Shown in pieces: positions 26,467-34,539 of a stretch of DNA of 64,000 nucleotides. Origin of the DNA: a virus (Duplodnaviria; Heunggongvirae; Uroviricota; Caudoviricetes); IMG/VR virus record IMGVR_UViG_3300046507_000526, positions 70,193 through 134,192 of that record; one strand, given 5' to 3'. Numbering within the stretch: the stretch's first letter is position 1; each line of letters begins with the position of its first letter. The position numbers were made by a program, and so were the translations under genes. The notes beneath the pieces were generated by a model, which worked only from the letters and a program-made list of their open reading frames with translations, did no database searches and had not been told where the DNA came from.

Positions 26467-26541
26467 GGTCTAATCATATAACGGTTATTATGCTGGACTG
26501 TCTATCCGGACACTGGGGTTCAACTCCCCATTAGATCGCCA
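26467..26541 (+). tRNA. tRNA-Asp(GUC), CCA encoded (CCA overlaps next start codon)
   Basis: acceptor GGTCTAA/TTAGATC, anticodon stem CTGGA/TCCGG, loop CTGTCTA, T-arm TGGGGTTCAACTCCCCA. Confidence 0.7.
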
Positions 26542-26810
26542 TGAAACATAAACCGTATTTAGCGTGGATTGTGATGAGTAAAATCACAGATATTGTAAAA
26601 GCCGGAAAACCGGTAAAGTTTGTCAAGTATCAGAAGAATGAACTTTGGTATGTAACGGATTGCGGTTTCGAATTCCCCGTACCAATCTCGGACACAGGCG
26701 ATGCAGCATTTTTACCTGAAGATAAGCCGATGTTGTTTATGCGCTGGATGAATGCGCATATGAAGACGATTGAAAAAGCAAAGCAAGAACAAGAAGTAAG
26801 CATTGATTAA
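26541..26810 (+). CDS. hypothetical protein
   Basis: 89 aa ORF. Confidence 0.4.
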   Translation: MKHKPYLAWIVMSKITDIVKAGKPVKFVKYQKNELWYVTDCGFEFPVPISDTGDAAFLPEDKPMLFMRWMNAHMKTIEKAKQEQEVSID

Positions 26811-26912
26811 AAGAACCTCCTCCGTTAGGTTGCGCAGTGCCCCATACGGATCGCATTCCCTCGGGATGGGAAATTCGTCGACAGCCAGCGAATTAAAACA
26901 ATTGGCCCAAAT

Positions 26913-26990
26913 GCCCGTATAGCTCAGTTGGTAGTAGCACTCGCCTTGTAAGCGAGAGGTCACTGGTTCGAATCCTAGTTACGGGCACCA
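26913..26990 (+). tRNA. tRNA-Thr(UGU), CCA encoded
   Basis: acceptor GCCCGTA/TACGGGC, anticodon stem CTCGC/GCGAG, loop CTTGTAA; T-arm parse slightly irregular. Confidence 0.65.
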
Positions 26991-26996
26991 GTATTT

Positions 26997-27073
26997 CCCC
27001 CAGGTAGCTCAGTTGGTAGAGCGGCATGTTGAAGCCTTGCGCGTCGGAGGTTCGAGTCCTTCTCTGGGGACCA
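26997..27073 (+). tRNA. tRNA-Phe(GAA), CCA encoded
   Basis: acceptor CCCCAGG/TCTGGGG, loop TTGAAGC, T-arm GGAGGTTCGAGTCCTTC. Confidence 0.65.
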
Positions 27074-27120
27074 ATAACAAATAACGACCAAATCGGGGAT
27101 TTCTTTTAAGGATCCAAGTA

Positions 27121-28053
27121 ATGTTTTATGGTGTAAATGGTCATTATGATTATAATCAATCGATTGCTCAGCAAGTAGCTGACGTAAAAATGATGGGTTT
27201 CACGAGTTATCGTGCTACCTATGAAGGTAACGACGCAAGTCTTACTTATCTTAAAAATATCGCTACAGCATTGAAAGGCACGGGTATTACGCTAGTCTGC
27301 TGTATCGATTTAAGCATGTGCGATTCTACGGGTGCATTGTTTACCAGCGAAGCTTTGGCGTATCAAACTGGTTTCAATGAAGGACTACTCGTAGCTCAGG
27401 CGTTGGTTCCGCTTGGTGTTACTATTTTCGAATGCGGTAATGAGCTTGATTCCAAGAACAATATTCGAACTTACGTCGGCGAACAAGGCGGCGTTGCAGT
27501 TGATTTTCAGAACTCAGTATTCCCTGCGCTACGTGGGGTAATGAATGGTTGTATGACGGCTGTTCGTCTGGTTGGCGGCTCTAAGGTAAAATGCGCATCG
27601 AATGGCTTTACGGCAGCATCGATTGCGGTAGCAGATATGCTTTGGGATGGTACTCAACCTGATGGCACTTCTGGCCATATGCCGGTGCGTTGGGATATTA
27701 CCTCCTGGCACAACTATGAAGATTACGGTAATCCCTTTGATGGCACCATGTCGATGGATTATCAGAAACCAAACATTAACCTTTGTGATCACCTGAAGGC
27801 AAAATTTGGTAAACCAATTCTATTCACTGAGTGGAATTCCAAAGCGAGTAACACCGATGCTGAGCGTTCAGCGTGGGCAACCCAGTTTATGACAGGTGCT
27901 CGCAATGCAAAGGATGTTTTTGGCATAATGGGTATTATGGTTTATCAACTCTATTGCGGTGATCCATGGGGCGTGGTAAACTTTGACCTTACAATTAAAC
28001 AATCGTTTGGACAAACAGTTAAGAACTTTATCGCTGCAAATCCTGTAGCGTAA
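27121..28053 (+). CDS. putative glycoside hydrolase (clan GH-A-like TIM barrel)
   Basis: candidate catalytic pair FECGNELD (acid/base NE) and FTEWNSK (nucleophile TE) with spacing typical of GH5-like enzymes; no signal peptide. Confidence 0.45.
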   Translation: MFYGVNGHYDYNQSIAQQVADVKMMGFTSYRATYEGNDASLTYLKNIATALKGTGITLVCCIDLSMCDSTGALFTSEALAYQTGFNEGLLVAQALVPLGVTIFECGNELDSKNNIRTYVGEQGGVAVDFQNSVFPALRGVMNGCMTAVRLVGGSKVKCASNGFTAASIAVADMLWDGTQPDGTSGHMPVRWDITSWHNYEDYGNPFDGTMSMDYQKPNINLCDHLKAKFGKPILFTEWNSKASNTDAERSAWATQFMTGARNAKDVFGIMGIMVYQLYCGDPWGVVNFDLTIKQSFGQTVKNFIAANPVA

Positions 28054-28060
28054 AGTCTGG

Positions 28061-28137
28061 TGCGGGGTAGAGCAGTCCGGTAGCTCAGCAGGCTCATAAC
28101 CTGAAGGTCACGGGTTCAAATCCCGTCCCCGCTACCA
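28061..28137 (+). tRNA. tRNA-Met(CAU), CCA encoded
   Basis: D-arm GAGCAGTCCGGTAGCTC, anticodon loop CTCATAA, T-arm ACGGGTTCAAATCCCGT; U1-U72 mismatch. Confidence 0.65.
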
Positions 28138-28154
28138 AATAAACTTAAAAAGAT

Positions 28155-28331
28155 ATGACAGAAATAACATTTGTTAGAATGACGTACGATCTTGTGCCTA
28201 CTGAATTTGGAAGTGCATATATTCAGATAGGAGAAGCGAATCGATATTACCCAAATAATCCACTTGCAGCTTGGGCCGCTATGAGAATGCTAGCACAAAC
28301 TCTAGGCGTAGAAGTTGAATTTGTAGAATAA
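28155..28331 (+). CDS. hypothetical small protein (58 aa)
   Basis: ATG ORF below track cutoff between tRNA genes. Confidence 0.3.
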   Translation: MTEITFVRMTYDLVPTEFGSAYIQIGEANRYYPNNPLAAWAAMRMLAQTLGVEVEFVE

Positions 28332-28332
28332 C

Positions 28333-28408
28333 GGGACCTTAGCTCAGTTGGTAGAGCGCTTCTCTTACACAGAAGATGTCGGCGGTTCAAACCCGTCAGG
28401 TCCTACCA
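28333..28408 (+). tRNA. tRNA-Val(UAC), CCA encoded
   Basis: acceptor GGGACCT/AGGTCCT, D-arm GCTCAGTTGGTAGAGC, anticodon stem CTTCT/AGAAG, loop CTTACAC. Confidence 0.8.
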
Positions 28409-28409
28409 T

Positions 28410-28498
28410 CGAAACGAAGTACTTAAAGTGACTATGGGTTGGTTAGCCTGATATTTTTCAGGTGTACTTTATAGGTTCAACTCCTATCGTTTCGACCA
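28410..28498 (+). ncRNA. atypical tRNA-like element (89 nt) with CCA
   Basis: acceptor CGAAACG/CGTTTCG plus 6 further bp AAGTAC/GTACTT, canonical T-arm ATAGGTTCAACTCCTAT, ACCA 3' end; internal 45 nt does not fold as standard D/anticodon arms. Confidence 0.4.
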
Positions 28499-28516
28499 AA
28501 CAACAACGAGGTAAGC

Positions 28517-28720
28517 ATGGCAGATAGTAAAGAAATCATCCGCGTATTTCGTAGTTACAATAAAGAGAAAGGTTGGCCGATGGCTCATGAGGCCGCTGAC
28601 CTTATCGAGAAGTTAGAGAAAGAAAACGCAGACTTGAAGGTTGGATTTGAACTTGTCTGCAAACAACTAGGCGAAGCTAATCGTAAGCATCTTGCACATC
28701 TAGTTGGGCAATTGAAATAG
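28517..28720 (+). CDS. hypothetical protein
   Basis: 67 aa ORF. Confidence 0.4.
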   Translation: MADSKEIIRVFRSYNKEKGWPMAHEAADLIEKLEKENADLKVGFELVCKQLGEANRKHLAHLVGQLK

Positions 28721-28726
28721 ATTTAC

Positions 28727-28801
28727 CCCTGTGTAGCACAGCGGTAGTGCAACGTCTTGATAAGGCGTAGGTCAGTGGTTCGAATCCACTCGCAGGGACC
28801 A
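28727..28801 (+). tRNA. tRNA-Ile(GAU), CCA encoded
   Basis: acceptor CCCTGTG/CGCAGGG, anticodon stem ACGTC/GGCGT, loop TTGATAA, T-arm CAGTGGTTCGAATCCACT. Confidence 0.75.
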
Positions 28802-28937
28802 AACAAAGCAAAATGAACCACCTAGAAGAAGAAGCTGCCTGGTGTAGAGCACAGCTCAAAGAAACGGTCGGAGACAGGAAGTACAAATGTAGTTGCTGGA
28901 TTTTGCATACAGATGAATGTGAAAGAAGGAACAAAGA

Positions 28938-29201
28938 ATGTTTAATCGATCAGAACGTAGACACCACATCGAACGGTTAAAAGAAGCACGCAAAGGTTAC
29001 TGGGGGTATGGCAATCCTCGGGCTAGAGGTTCAGATAATATGGACGCTAGACAGTTAGGCCAAGTTACTCAACACCCGCAAATGTGTTCCTGCGCTGCGT
29101 GTGGAAATCCTCGCAGACACAAGTGGTTTAAAGGCGAGTGTTTGACTCTTCAGGAACGTTCACAATTAGAAGCTCTGAAAACTTACGAGTTTGAAGAGTA
29201 A
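28938..29201 (+). CDS. hypothetical protein
   Basis: 87 aa ORF with CSCAACGNPRRH. Confidence 0.4.
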   Translation: MFNRSERRHHIERLKEARKGYWGYGNPRARGSDNMDARQLGQVTQHPQMCSCAACGNPRRHKWFKGECLTLQERSQLEALKTYEFEE

Positions 29202-29209
29202 ACATCAAC

Positions 29210-29287
29210 CTCTCGTTCGCCTAGCCTGGTATGGCACCTGATTTGGGATCAGGCATAACGCAGGTTCAAATCCTGCACGAGAGACCA
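29210..29287 (+). tRNA. tRNA-Pro(UGG), CCA encoded
   Basis: acceptor CTCTCGT/ACGAGAG, anticodon stem CCTGA/TCAGG, loop TTTGGGA. Confidence 0.75.
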
Positions 29288-29295
29288 TTTTATAA

Positions 29296-29694
29296 ATGTC
29301 CGCACTGAGAAAATGTAAAAAATGCGGCGAGCAATACCCAGAAGAACAGTACCCATTAGCAGGACGTAAAATTAAGCTTAGTTTTAGTGGAACGCCTTAT
29401 AGGAGACATATTTGTTCAAAGTGTTACTACTCGTCAAAAAATGAAGCCAGATTAGCAAAGCTTCAATTATGGAATGAATACAAAAAGACTCTTAGATGTA
29501 ATCGGTGTGGACTTGCTGATCACAGAGTATTAGACTTCCATCATAAAGATCCGTCCCAAAAAGAATTCAATCTAAGTATTATGGCAGGTCGTAATCCTAA
29601 TTTTCAAACTCTATTAGACGAAGTGTCAAAGTGTGAAGTGCTTTGTTCAAATTGTCATCGTATTCATCACTACGAAGAAAGGTTCAATAAGTGA
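29296..29694 (+). CDS. HNH homing endonuclease
   Basis: CGLADHRVLDFHHKD...LCSNCHRIHH HNH motif; inserted within tRNA region. Confidence 0.8.
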   Translation: MSALRKCKKCGEQYPEEQYPLAGRKIKLSFSGTPYRRHICSKCYYSSKNEARLAKLQLWNEYKKTLRCNRCGLADHRVLDFHHKDPSQKEFNLSIMAGRNPNFQTLLDEVSKCEVLCSNCHRIHHYEERFNK

Positions 29695-29957
29695 CAACTG
29701 TAGCAGATATCAAGCGTGTTCTTGAGCGGGTATGTAGCGATTACGTAGCCGACACAGTTGGATTCATCGATGGCCTCAATGCCAGGAACACCATGACTCT
29801 TGAAGGTTTTGACCTCGATAGTCTGGATCTTCTGGAAATGGCAATGTCTATTGAAGATGAATTCGATGTAGATTTAGATGACTACAAACTGCAGAAGATT
29901 TCGAATGAAACTCTTCTCCAGGATCTTCCTGAACTTCTCTATAAAGCTATCTTTTAA
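29691..29957 (+). CDS. acyl carrier protein-like small acidic protein (GTG start)
   Basis: LDSLDLLEMAMSIEDEFDVDL resembles ACP DSLD...EEEF phosphopantetheine-attachment helix. Confidence 0.45.
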   Translation: MTTVADIKRVLERVCSDYVADTVGFIDGLNARNTMTLEGFDLDSLDLLEMAMSIEDEFDVDLDDYKLQKISNETLLQDLPELLYKAIF

Positions 29958-29966
29958 TGTTTAACG

Positions 29967-30398
29967 ATGCTTACTTTCACAACTGGCATATATGTAACTC
30001 AATGGAGACCATACATGTCACGCACTTACCGCCGTCAGAAAGGGTACATTCCGAACTACGTTAAGGAAGCTGCGCTTCCGATAGAGCCGCACAAATGCAT
30101 TGGCTACGATACGGAATGCTTCCGTTTCAGCCGATTCAAATTCTATCGCTGCATGGACTACCGAGACGGGCAATGGTTTGATTACAACGCCGTGTCTTTG
30201 GCCCAGCATAACGCCCGTTGGTTCGGAGATCACGGCTACGCCTGGCGTCGTACTTACGGCAAGGACACGACAAAGTTCACCCGTAACCACACGCAAGTGA
30301 AGTACCGAGCCGAAGCCCGTATGGAACTTAAGCGTTTCGAGAAGAACCCTGACTACGAAGTACAAATTCCCCGCAAGAATCTCTTGCCGTGGGACTAA
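29967..30398 (+). CDS. hypothetical basic protein
   Basis: 143 aa ORF. Confidence 0.45.
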   Translation: MLTFTTGIYVTQWRPYMSRTYRRQKGYIPNYVKEAALPIEPHKCIGYDTECFRFSRFKFYRCMDYRDGQWFDYNAVSLAQHNARWFGDHGYAWRRTYGKDTTKFTRNHTQVKYRAEARMELKRFEKNPDYEVQIPRKNLLPWD

Positions 30399-30404
30399 AC
30401 AAAC

Positions 30405-30428
30405 GCCCAGCTTCGGCTGGGTTTTTTT
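30405..30428 (+). terminator. rho-independent terminator
   Basis: CCCAGCTTCGGCTGGG hairpin plus T8. Confidence 0.65.
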
Positions 30429-30441
30429 ATTTGGAAGAAAC

Positions 30442-30615
30442 ATGGAAGTAATTGTAAAACTAACTGCTGATGAAATCAAAACGGCAGTTACCCGGTATAT
30501 CGCAACTCTAAGTATGAACCTGGATGTTAAAGAAGTAACATTTGACTCTCAAGGTAATGCAGTGGCCAAATGTGAAAAAGCTAAAGCTCCCAGTTTCAGC
30601 TATCAGGATCGTTAA
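30442..30615 (+). CDS. hypothetical small protein (57 aa)
   Basis: ATG ORF below cutoff. Confidence 0.3.
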   Translation: MEVIVKLTADEIKTAVTRYIATLSMNLDVKEVTFDSQGNAVAKCEKAKAPSFSYQDR

Positions 30616-30629
30616 TTCGATACGTAACT

Positions 30630-30638
30630 TGGTATAAG
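30630..30638 (+). promoter_or_regulatory. TGGTATAAG promoter motif
   Basis: conserved box. Confidence 0.4.
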
Positions 30639-30840
30639 AGTATTGGTAATAGCAATATTTTTATAGGAGTCTAGTATGTTTGCTCATCCGTATCTTTGGA
30701 TTACAGGTATTACAGTAGCTCTGATTGTATGGGCAAAGGTGGGTCCATGAGTTGGCCAGAAGCTTTCGTAGCCGCAGTCGTTGCAATTTGTCTGGCGTAT
30801 GTATTGACACACTGATTGTATACTTTTAAACTATCCGTAT

Positions 30841-30916
30841 GGGAACATAGCTCAATTGGCAGAGTAGCGGTCTTCAAAACCGTTGGTTTCGGGTTCGAGT
30901 CCCGATGTTCTCACCA
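30841..30916 (+). tRNA. tRNA with anticodon UCA (UGA reader; opal-suppressor / tRNA-Trp-like), CCA encoded
   Basis: canonical 76-nt cloverleaf: acceptor GGGAACA/TGTTCTC, D-arm GCTCAATTGGCAGAGT, anticodon stem GCGGT/ACCGT, loop CTTCAAA, T-arm TCGGGTTCGAGTCCCGA; resembles tRNA-Trp with C34 to U. Confidence 0.75.
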
Positions 30917-31040
30917 TTAACTAAGGAGTTACAAATGAAAAAGCAAAAACTATACGAGTTGTGAGTCATTGAGCCTCCGTAAGACATTCCTTACTTAAAA
31001 GAACCGTTGTATCTATATTTTTTACTTAAGGAAATTAATC

Positions 31041-31352
31041 ATGTCTTACATTTATTCAATCATTCGCAAAGATATCCCCCTCGCAGATCAAATTGTTCAG
31101 ACTGCGCATTCAGCTTTCCATGCTGGAAACGAAACCAAAGATTTGGATGGCAACGTGCCCTCCTTGATCTTGTTGGAAATTACCGACAAAGAATCTCTTC
31201 TGGCTTTGTCAAAGAAACTGTTTGACGCCCATATCCTGTATCACATGTTTTATGAGCCCGACGATGATTTTGGGTATACCTCGCTAACGACTCAGCCTCT
31301 AAACGAGGACCAACGCAAGCTCTTTAGCAATCTCCGTCTGTGGAGGCCGTAA
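31041..31352 (+). CDS. divergent Pth2-like paralog (putative peptidyl-tRNA hydrolase fold)
   Basis: IIRKDIPLADQIVQTAHSA and LILLEITDKESLLALSKK parallel the Pth2 motifs of ORF 25623. Confidence 0.45.
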   Translation: MSYIYSIIRKDIPLADQIVQTAHSAFHAGNETKDLDGNVPSLILLEITDKESLLALSKKLFDAHILYHMFYEPDDDFGYTSLTTQPLNEDQRKLFSNLRLWRP

Positions 31353-31582
31353 TGAGCGACAAGATCCTGATTTTTTATAATAAGGCGCATAATGCTGATT
31401 CCTCGATACCGCCGTGGGTCTGTCAATCTAAAGGTCAGACGCACAATGTCAATCACGTTACAATCGGAAGTGGTATTGGCTTCTCAACCAAGGAGAGACC
31501 CGACCACGCTAGTACCAAAGCGTGTCTCGTTGTCAAAGGTACGCTAACGATCAAAGACGGCGAAGCCAATATTACCCCGTAG
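31340..31582 (+). CDS. hypothetical protein
   Basis: 80 aa ORF. Confidence 0.4.
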   Translation: MEAVMSDKILIFYNKAHNADSSIPPWVCQSKGQTHNVNHVTIGSGIGFSTKERPDHASTKACLVVKGTLTIKDGEANITP

Positions 31583-31585
31583 TCT

Positions 31586-31594
31586 TGGTATAAG
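31586..31594 (+). promoter_or_regulatory. TGGTATAAG promoter motif
   Basis: conserved box. Confidence 0.4.
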
Positions 31595-31620
31595 AGAATT
31601 GTGAAAGAACATTTCTTTTA

Positions 31621-31688
31621 TAAACAATAGCTCAATCGGTAGAGCACACATCCATGTGAAGCTGGGGGTTCGAGTCCCCCTTGTTTTA
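31621..31688 (+). ncRNA. short tRNA-like gene (68 nt) with truncated anticodon arm; possible tRNA pseudogene or minimal tRNA
   Basis: acceptor TAAACAA/TTGTTTT (U1-U72 mismatch), D-arm GCTCAATCGGTAGAGC, T-arm GGGGGTTCGAGTCCCCC, but only 12 nt (CACATCCATGTG) where the 17-nt anticodon arm should be. Confidence 0.35.
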
Positions 31689-31691
31689 GTT

Positions 31692-31768
31692 GGGCCATTA
31701 GCTCAGTTGGTAAGAGCAGCGAACTCATAATTCGTTGGTCGCTGGTTCAAGTCCAGCATGGCCCACCA
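31692..31768 (+). tRNA. tRNA-Met or Ile2 (CAU), CCA encoded
   Basis: acceptor GGGCCAT/ATGGCCC, anticodon stem GCGAA/TTCGT, loop CTCATAA. Confidence 0.75.
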
Positions 31769-31780
31769 GCATTCCTCAAG

Positions 31781-31810
31781 CCCCTCTGAAGTTTAGAGGG
31801 GTTTTCTTTT
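31781..31810 (+). terminator. rho-independent terminator
   Basis: CCCCTCTGAAGTTTAGAGGGG hairpin plus T-run. Confidence 0.65.
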
Positions 31811-31853
31811 GCAGCACTTTTTGTAGCCCCTAAGCCTAATAGGCATAATCGAT

Positions 31854-33905
31854 ATGGAAACGAAGGAAATCAACGTGAGCGAAATTCAAGAAACCATCGC
31901 GGAATCGAATGCAGGCGCAGCTGTTTCGGCAGCTCCCGCAGTCACCCCGGCTACAGAACAGGTGGATCAGGCTGCTCTTATCGGTCAATCGATCAAGGCA
32001 GCTCTGGAAGGTCTCGGATTCAAGAAGCCTGAAGATCCCATCGTAGCAGCAGCAAAGGAAGAACTGCAGGAAGAACTGGCAATCGAGCATCGCCCTTCCG
32101 CAGACATCACCAAAACCCGTGCAGGGCAGATCAAAGTTTATATCCCCTTCGACATCCGTCAGGATATGAACGGAATCGGCCACATCATCGGTAGTGGTTA
32201 CCTTCGTCAGGACGTTAACGAGTTCAAGTATCTTTTGAACCCGGCGCAATTCGAAATCGGTAAGACCCTGGTCTCCGTCAAAGGCCTGGATGTGTTCCAC
32301 TCCAAAGCCAAGATTCAGGACTATCTCGAAGAACTCGAATGCTACCACGACGATGAAGAGTTCATCGGCCGTATCCGCAAAGAGATGACGAAAGTCCTGG
32401 AAGAAGTCAATGCTTTCTATGCGGCAACGCTTGGGAACATCGATAATCTTTCGCTGACCGACGAGTTTTCCTACGATGAACTCGTAGTTCTGCTCTCGCA
32501 AGCAGGGGTAAAGCTCGCCATCGAAGACGCTTACGCAACGATCTGTCTCAGCACGGTGACTGCAACTCAACGAGTCAGCATGATGGGCGGCCCGTACATC
32601 GAAGCAATCGGCACGATGCATGCCCGCAATGGCCAGGAAATTCAACAGTTCAAGCACACGTACTACTTCGGTGGATACGAAGGTAAGAAGTCGTTGAAGG
32701 AACTGGGCATCCAGCCGGTCATGAACAACCCGGAACTGAAGGCTAAGTTCCTGGAACGTGGCAAGCGCGCAGTTGAAGTTACCGCTTCGTCGTCGTATAT
32801 GTCCTACAAGGGTGACGTTATCCGTAAGGGCTGGTTCAGCGATTCGGCATTCCGTTCGACGGGTCGTGTGATGGTTGACTTCCAGGCTATGCGCGTCATG
32901 GATACGAACTACCGCAAGTATTTCGGCGGTACGCAGGATCGTGAATCGTACGGCTATACGCCGAAGTCGGAAACCGTGACTATCAGCGAAGACGTCTATC
33001 TGACGTTCTCTCCGTATGTCTACGGCTTTTCGTTCACTTCCAAGGTCTGGGGTGAAATGCTGGTCGACAACATCAGCCCGATTGTCTTCCGTGAAGATGC
33101 GTATGGCAAGCTGGTGATGGAAGAAAGTCAGAAGGAAATGATCGTGTCTCTGGTTGAAACCCAGCTGCAAGGTCGCAAGGTCGACATCATCGATGGCAAG
33201 GGTGGTGGTACGATTTTCCTGCTGGCAGGCGAACCGGGTACCGGCAAGACGCTCACTGCAGAAGTTACGGCAGAGCATCTGAAGCGTCCGTTGTACATGG
33301 TTGGCGTCGGTGAACTCGGTACGAGCGCATCGGAGCTGGAAGAAAATCTCCGTCAGGTTCTGGACATTGCCTCGACGTGGAATGCAGTGCTGCTGCTGGA
33401 TGAATGCGACATCTTCATGGAAGCCCGTACGGATAGCAATATCCAGCGGAATGCCATGGTCGGTGTTTTCCTTCGTCTGCTGGAATATTACCAAGGTGTT
33501 CTGTTCCTGACGTCGAATCGTGCTAACAACATCGACAAGGCGTTCTACTCCCGTATCAGCATGGCGATTAACTTCCCTGCGCTGACTACGGCAGACCGTG
33601 TTCAAATCTGGGAAAACAACCTCAGTATGAATTCGGTGAACCTCACGGACACTGAAATTCTTTACCTTGCTGAAAACTACGAGATCAATGGTCGTCAGAT
33701 CAAGACGGCTACTCGTAACGCTTCGGCACTGGCACTGAAGGGTAAGCGTTCGGTGAACATCCAGGACTTCCAGTTGATTCTCAACAAGGGTCTTGAGTTC
33801 CAGAAGGCAGTGTTCTCGCGTGGCGCTACTAACGACATGTCGTTGCTCGGCATGCACAAAGACGCACACGTTGTGGCTGACGTCGAATTCAAAGACGTTA
33901 AGTAA
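31854..33905 (+). CDS. AAA+ ATPase (classic clade) with large N-terminal domain
   Basis: Walker A GEPGTGKT, Walker B LLLDECD, SRH TSNRANNIDKAFYSR; GC-richer codon usage. Confidence 0.75.
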   Translation: METKEINVSEIQETIAESNAGAAVSAAPAVTPATEQVDQAALIGQSIKAALEGLGFKKPEDPIVAAAKEELQEELAIEHRPSADITKTRAGQIKVYIPFDIRQDMNGIGHIIGSGYLRQDVNEFKYLLNPAQFEIGKTLVSVKGLDVFHSKAKIQDYLEELECYHDDEEFIGRIRKEMTKVLEEVNAFYAATLGNIDNLSLTDEFSYDELVVLLSQAGVKLAIEDAYATICLSTVTATQRVSMMGGPYIEAIGTMHARNGQEIQQFKHTYYFGGYEGKKSLKELGIQPVMNNPELKAKFLERGKRAVEVTASSSYMSYKGDVIRKGWFSDSAFRSTGRVMVDFQAMRVMDTNYRKYFGGTQDRESYGYTPKSETVTISEDVYLTFSPYVYGFSFTSKVWGEMLVDNISPIVFREDAYGKLVMEESQKEMIVSLVETQLQGRKVDIIDGKGGGTIFLLAGEPGTGKTLTAEVTAEHLKRPLYMVGVGELGTSASELEENLRQVLDIASTWNAVLLLDECDIFMEARTDSNIQRNAMVGVFLRLLEYYQGVLFLTSNRANNIDKAFYSRISMAINFPALTTADRVQIWENNLSMNSVNLTDTEILYLAENYEINGRQIKTATRNASALALKGKRSVNIQDFQLILNKGLEFQKAVFSRGATNDMSLLGMHKDAHVVADVEFKDVK

Positions 33906-33956
33906 TTTGTGATGAAGGCCGGGAGAAATCCCGGCTTTCCCTTTAAGGAGAAAGAA

Positions 33957-34331
33957 ATGAGTACACTTAAAAAGCTTAAAAACCTTCGTCGCCAGATTAA
34001 GATGATTCCTAAAAAGAACATCGATCTCGATGCTTATGTGACCAGAGAAGCTACGAAGAAAAGCTTCCGAGACGCCATCATGTGCCCTGCTGGTTGGGCG
34101 GCTACAAATACCTGGAACGGAAAAGGTCTCTCCCTAACAAGCGAGGGCGAAGGCAGTTTCGAAATTTACAAGGGAGATTTGTATGGTTTCGAAGCTCTAG
34201 CCGAACAGTTCGGACTGGAGTATACTGACGCTCAATCCCTGTTTGGTCGTCGCAAGGAGTCAGACTGGGCCGGGAGAAGTGACAAGAAAGTCTTTCTCGA
34301 ACGTCTTGACAATATTATTGCTAAATACTAA
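33957..34331 (+). CDS. hypothetical protein
   Basis: internal ATG with AAGGAG RBS in ORF 33909. Confidence 0.45.
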   Translation: MSTLKKLKNLRRQIKMIPKKNIDLDAYVTREATKKSFRDAIMCPAGWAATNTWNGKGLSLTSEGEGSFEIYKGDLYGFEALAEQFGLEYTDAQSLFGRRKESDWAGRSDKKVFLERLDNIIAKY

Positions 34332-34335
34332 GGCA

Positions 34336-34539
34336 ATGTTTAAAAAAATCACAGCAGTTGCATACGGGATTCTCGCAACGCTTTACCTGCTCTTTCTGCT
34401 GTTACCCGTAACACAGCAGTTGGTCAATAACGGCGGAGACTTGATCTATTTCGTGCCTCTGCTGTGGTTGACCATTCCGCTAATCGCTTTTGGCGGTTGG
34501 TACTTCTTTCTCAAACCCAAGAAACAAAAAACACAATGA
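34336..34539 (+). CDS. small membrane protein
   Basis: two hydrophobic helices. Confidence 0.4.
   Translation: MFKKITAVAYGILATLYLLFLLLPVTQQLVNNGGDLIYFVPLLWLTIPLIAFGGWYFFLKPKKQKTQ

Noticed and set aside
30841-30916. tRNA-Sec interpretation of the UCA tRNA
   Set aside because: It is 76 nt with a 7-bp acceptor stem and a short variable loop. Bacterial tRNA-Sec is about 95 nt with an 8-bp acceptor stem and a long extra arm. No selA/selB/SECIS context is present.
31836-33869. 677-aa minus-strand ORF
   Set aside because: It lies antisense to an AAA+ ATPase gene that has clear Walker A, Walker B and SRH motifs on the plus strand. All other genes are on the plus strand. It is a shadow ORF of GC-rich coding sequence.
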